Of a stretch of 64,000 nt of DNA, positions 63,055 to 64,000 are shown piece by piece (positions within the stretch are counted from its first letter, which is position 1; each line of letters starts with the position of its first letter). The stretch spans positions 971-64,970 of the forward strand of contig JASLXV010000033.1 in NCBI GenBank assembly GCA_030740155.1, written 5' to 3'. The notes under the pieces were generated by a model. It was given only the letters and a program-made list of their open reading frames with translations, was not told the origin of the DNA and did no database searches. This stretch comes from Dehalococcoidia bacterium. Its GTDB lineage: Bacteria > Chloroflexota > Dehalococcoidia > Lucifugimonadales > UBA3495. The translations under genes and the position numbers were made by a program.

Positions 63055-63314
63055 TTTGGGACCTCCTCTATCTTGCGCTGGGCGGCTATTTCGTCCTACA
63101 GGTTAGCATACATAACCCCTCCGGCGCACGCCGGGTCAAACTGGGGAAGAGACTAGTGAGAAAGAGGGGCTTCGGAGACGGGTGGGTGGCCCGGTGCGGT
63201 TCAAGAGATCAACGGGATGCCCGGCACGCCGGACAACGGTCACTCGCCGGCCACCCGGCATTGCGGCCCCAATGGGGCCTGGGCCGCCGCGAGAGTAATG
63301 AGGGGTTTGGCGCC

Positions 63315-64000
63315 TTACTTTTGCAACGGGCAGGTGGGTAAGACCATCGCGTTCCGGGTGGCTAACGGTGCGCCCGGACTTGGTCGCCTAGCCACCATCT
63401 CTAAAGGAGGCCGTTCTCGGTCCTTCGACAAGCTTAGGACGAGCGGGTTCTTTCCGTTCCCGCGGGTCTTCCCCGTTCGTGGTGAGCTTGTCGAACCACC
63501 AGACCTAGGTCCTTCGACAAGCTCAGGACGACGGTTACACAACTTACCCTGGCCCGTGGGTATCACGGTCTCGATGCGGACGCGCCCGTTCTCCACGGTG
63601 GCCCGTTCAACGACCAGCCTCAGTAGCTGCTGGCGCTGCTCGAAGGTCAGGGCATCCAGGCCCTTTGTCACTTGGTGACAGAACCGGTCCAAGTCCGCGA
63701 GGGCGCTTCGGCTATCTTGCTGTTGCTGCTGTCGCCGGTCAAGCTCCCGGGCGCACTCTTCCAGGTGCTCGCGCCGGTCGGCTAGCTTCCTGATCTCGTC
63801 GTCGTAGCGCTCCAGGTCCATCACCTCGTGGATGTAGGCGTCAGTGACCCGGTCTTCCTGGGTCTTGACCCGCTTCAGAGCCACGGCCAGCTGTTTTCGC
63901 TCCACATCAACTTTCTCGGGGTCCACCGCAGCCTCAGCCCGCCGCCGGTACTCCTCGGCCAGCACCTCCGGCTGCCGCAGGGCTTCCGTGACCGCCTCCC
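63315..64000 (-). CDS. Large serine recombinase, C-terminal coiled-coil region (N-terminus off the right edge); the 3' end reads through repeats
   Basis: ...KQLAVALKRVKTQEDRVTDAYIHEVMDLERYDDEIRKLADRREHLEE...LTFEQRQQLLRLVVERATVENGRVRIETVIP is the typical tail of large serine recombinases. The frame stays open to position 64000. Confidence 0.7.
   Translation of the reverse strand, partial: EAVTEALRQPEVLAEEYRRRAEAAVDPEKVDVERKQLAVALKRVKTQEDRVTDAYIHEVMDLERYDDEIRKLADRREHLEECARELDRRQQQQQDSRSALADLDRFCHQVTKGLDALTFEQRQQLLRLVVERATVENGRVRIETVIPTGQGKLCNRRPELVEGPRSGGSTSSPRTGKTRGNGKNPLVLSLSKDRERPPLEMVARRPSPGAPLATRNAMVLPTCPLQK
63419..63531. repeat. REP-like element: two 24-nt direct repeats GGTCCTTCGACAAGCT(T/C)AGGACGA flanking GTGAGCTTGTCGAACCAC
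   Basis: The copies are at 63419-63442 and 63508-63531 (1 mismatch). The pseudo-peptides VSLSNH and PFDKLR... are characteristic of a repeat class widespread in some high-GC phyla. Confidence 0.7.

Overview
This is a high-GC, gene-dense bacterial chromosomal segment. By eye it is well above 60% GC, with a few visibly more AT-rich islets. The gene content and the REP-like repeats suggest a Chloroflexota-like (SAR202/Thermomicrobia-type) genome; that placement is inference only.

Most of the window is housekeeping:
- holB-yaaT, lysA, surE, serS, lysS, greA, L25/Ctc, mutS2, tldD/pmbA, ilvD, pcm, a Sir2 deacetylase, a DEAD-box helicase and one tRNA-Ile(GAT).
- A tetrapyrrole cluster (hemL, hemB, cobA-hemD, hemC, sirC, fused ahbA/B) that points to the siroheme-dependent heme route.

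Accessory content:
- A three-gene cobalt-type nitrile-hydratase-family enzyme with a split beta subunit.
- Ni-superoxide dismutase, an erythrin-VIT1 (MbfA-like) iron exporter, and a two-subunit ADP-forming acyl-CoA synthetase.
- A catabolic-looking block with three family-III CoA-transferases (two in tandem), an FAD oxidoreductase, a CapA-like protein, a cupin and a PAS-LuxR regulator.
- Two small toxin-antitoxin/nuclease islets, and the 3' part of a large serine recombinase at the right edge.

The two observations I rate highest:
1. An eRF1/Vms1-like (acVLRF1-type) putative peptidyl-tRNA hydrolase gene lies 10 nt upstream of mutS2. MutS2 is the Smr-domain ATPase reported to sense ribosome collisions. 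Together they could form a compact bacterial ribosome-quality-control module.
2. Several families of GC-rich palindromic REP-like elements occur here. One has inserted in frame inside pmbA/tldE, and another is read through at the 3' end of the recombinase ORF.

Caveats:
- No CRISPR array or rRNA was seen.
- Many long ORFs in the supplied track are antisense shadows typical of high-GC DNA.
- Several longest-ORF starts in the track look too far upstream. I moved them using RBS and overlap evidence, and all refined starts remain provisional.
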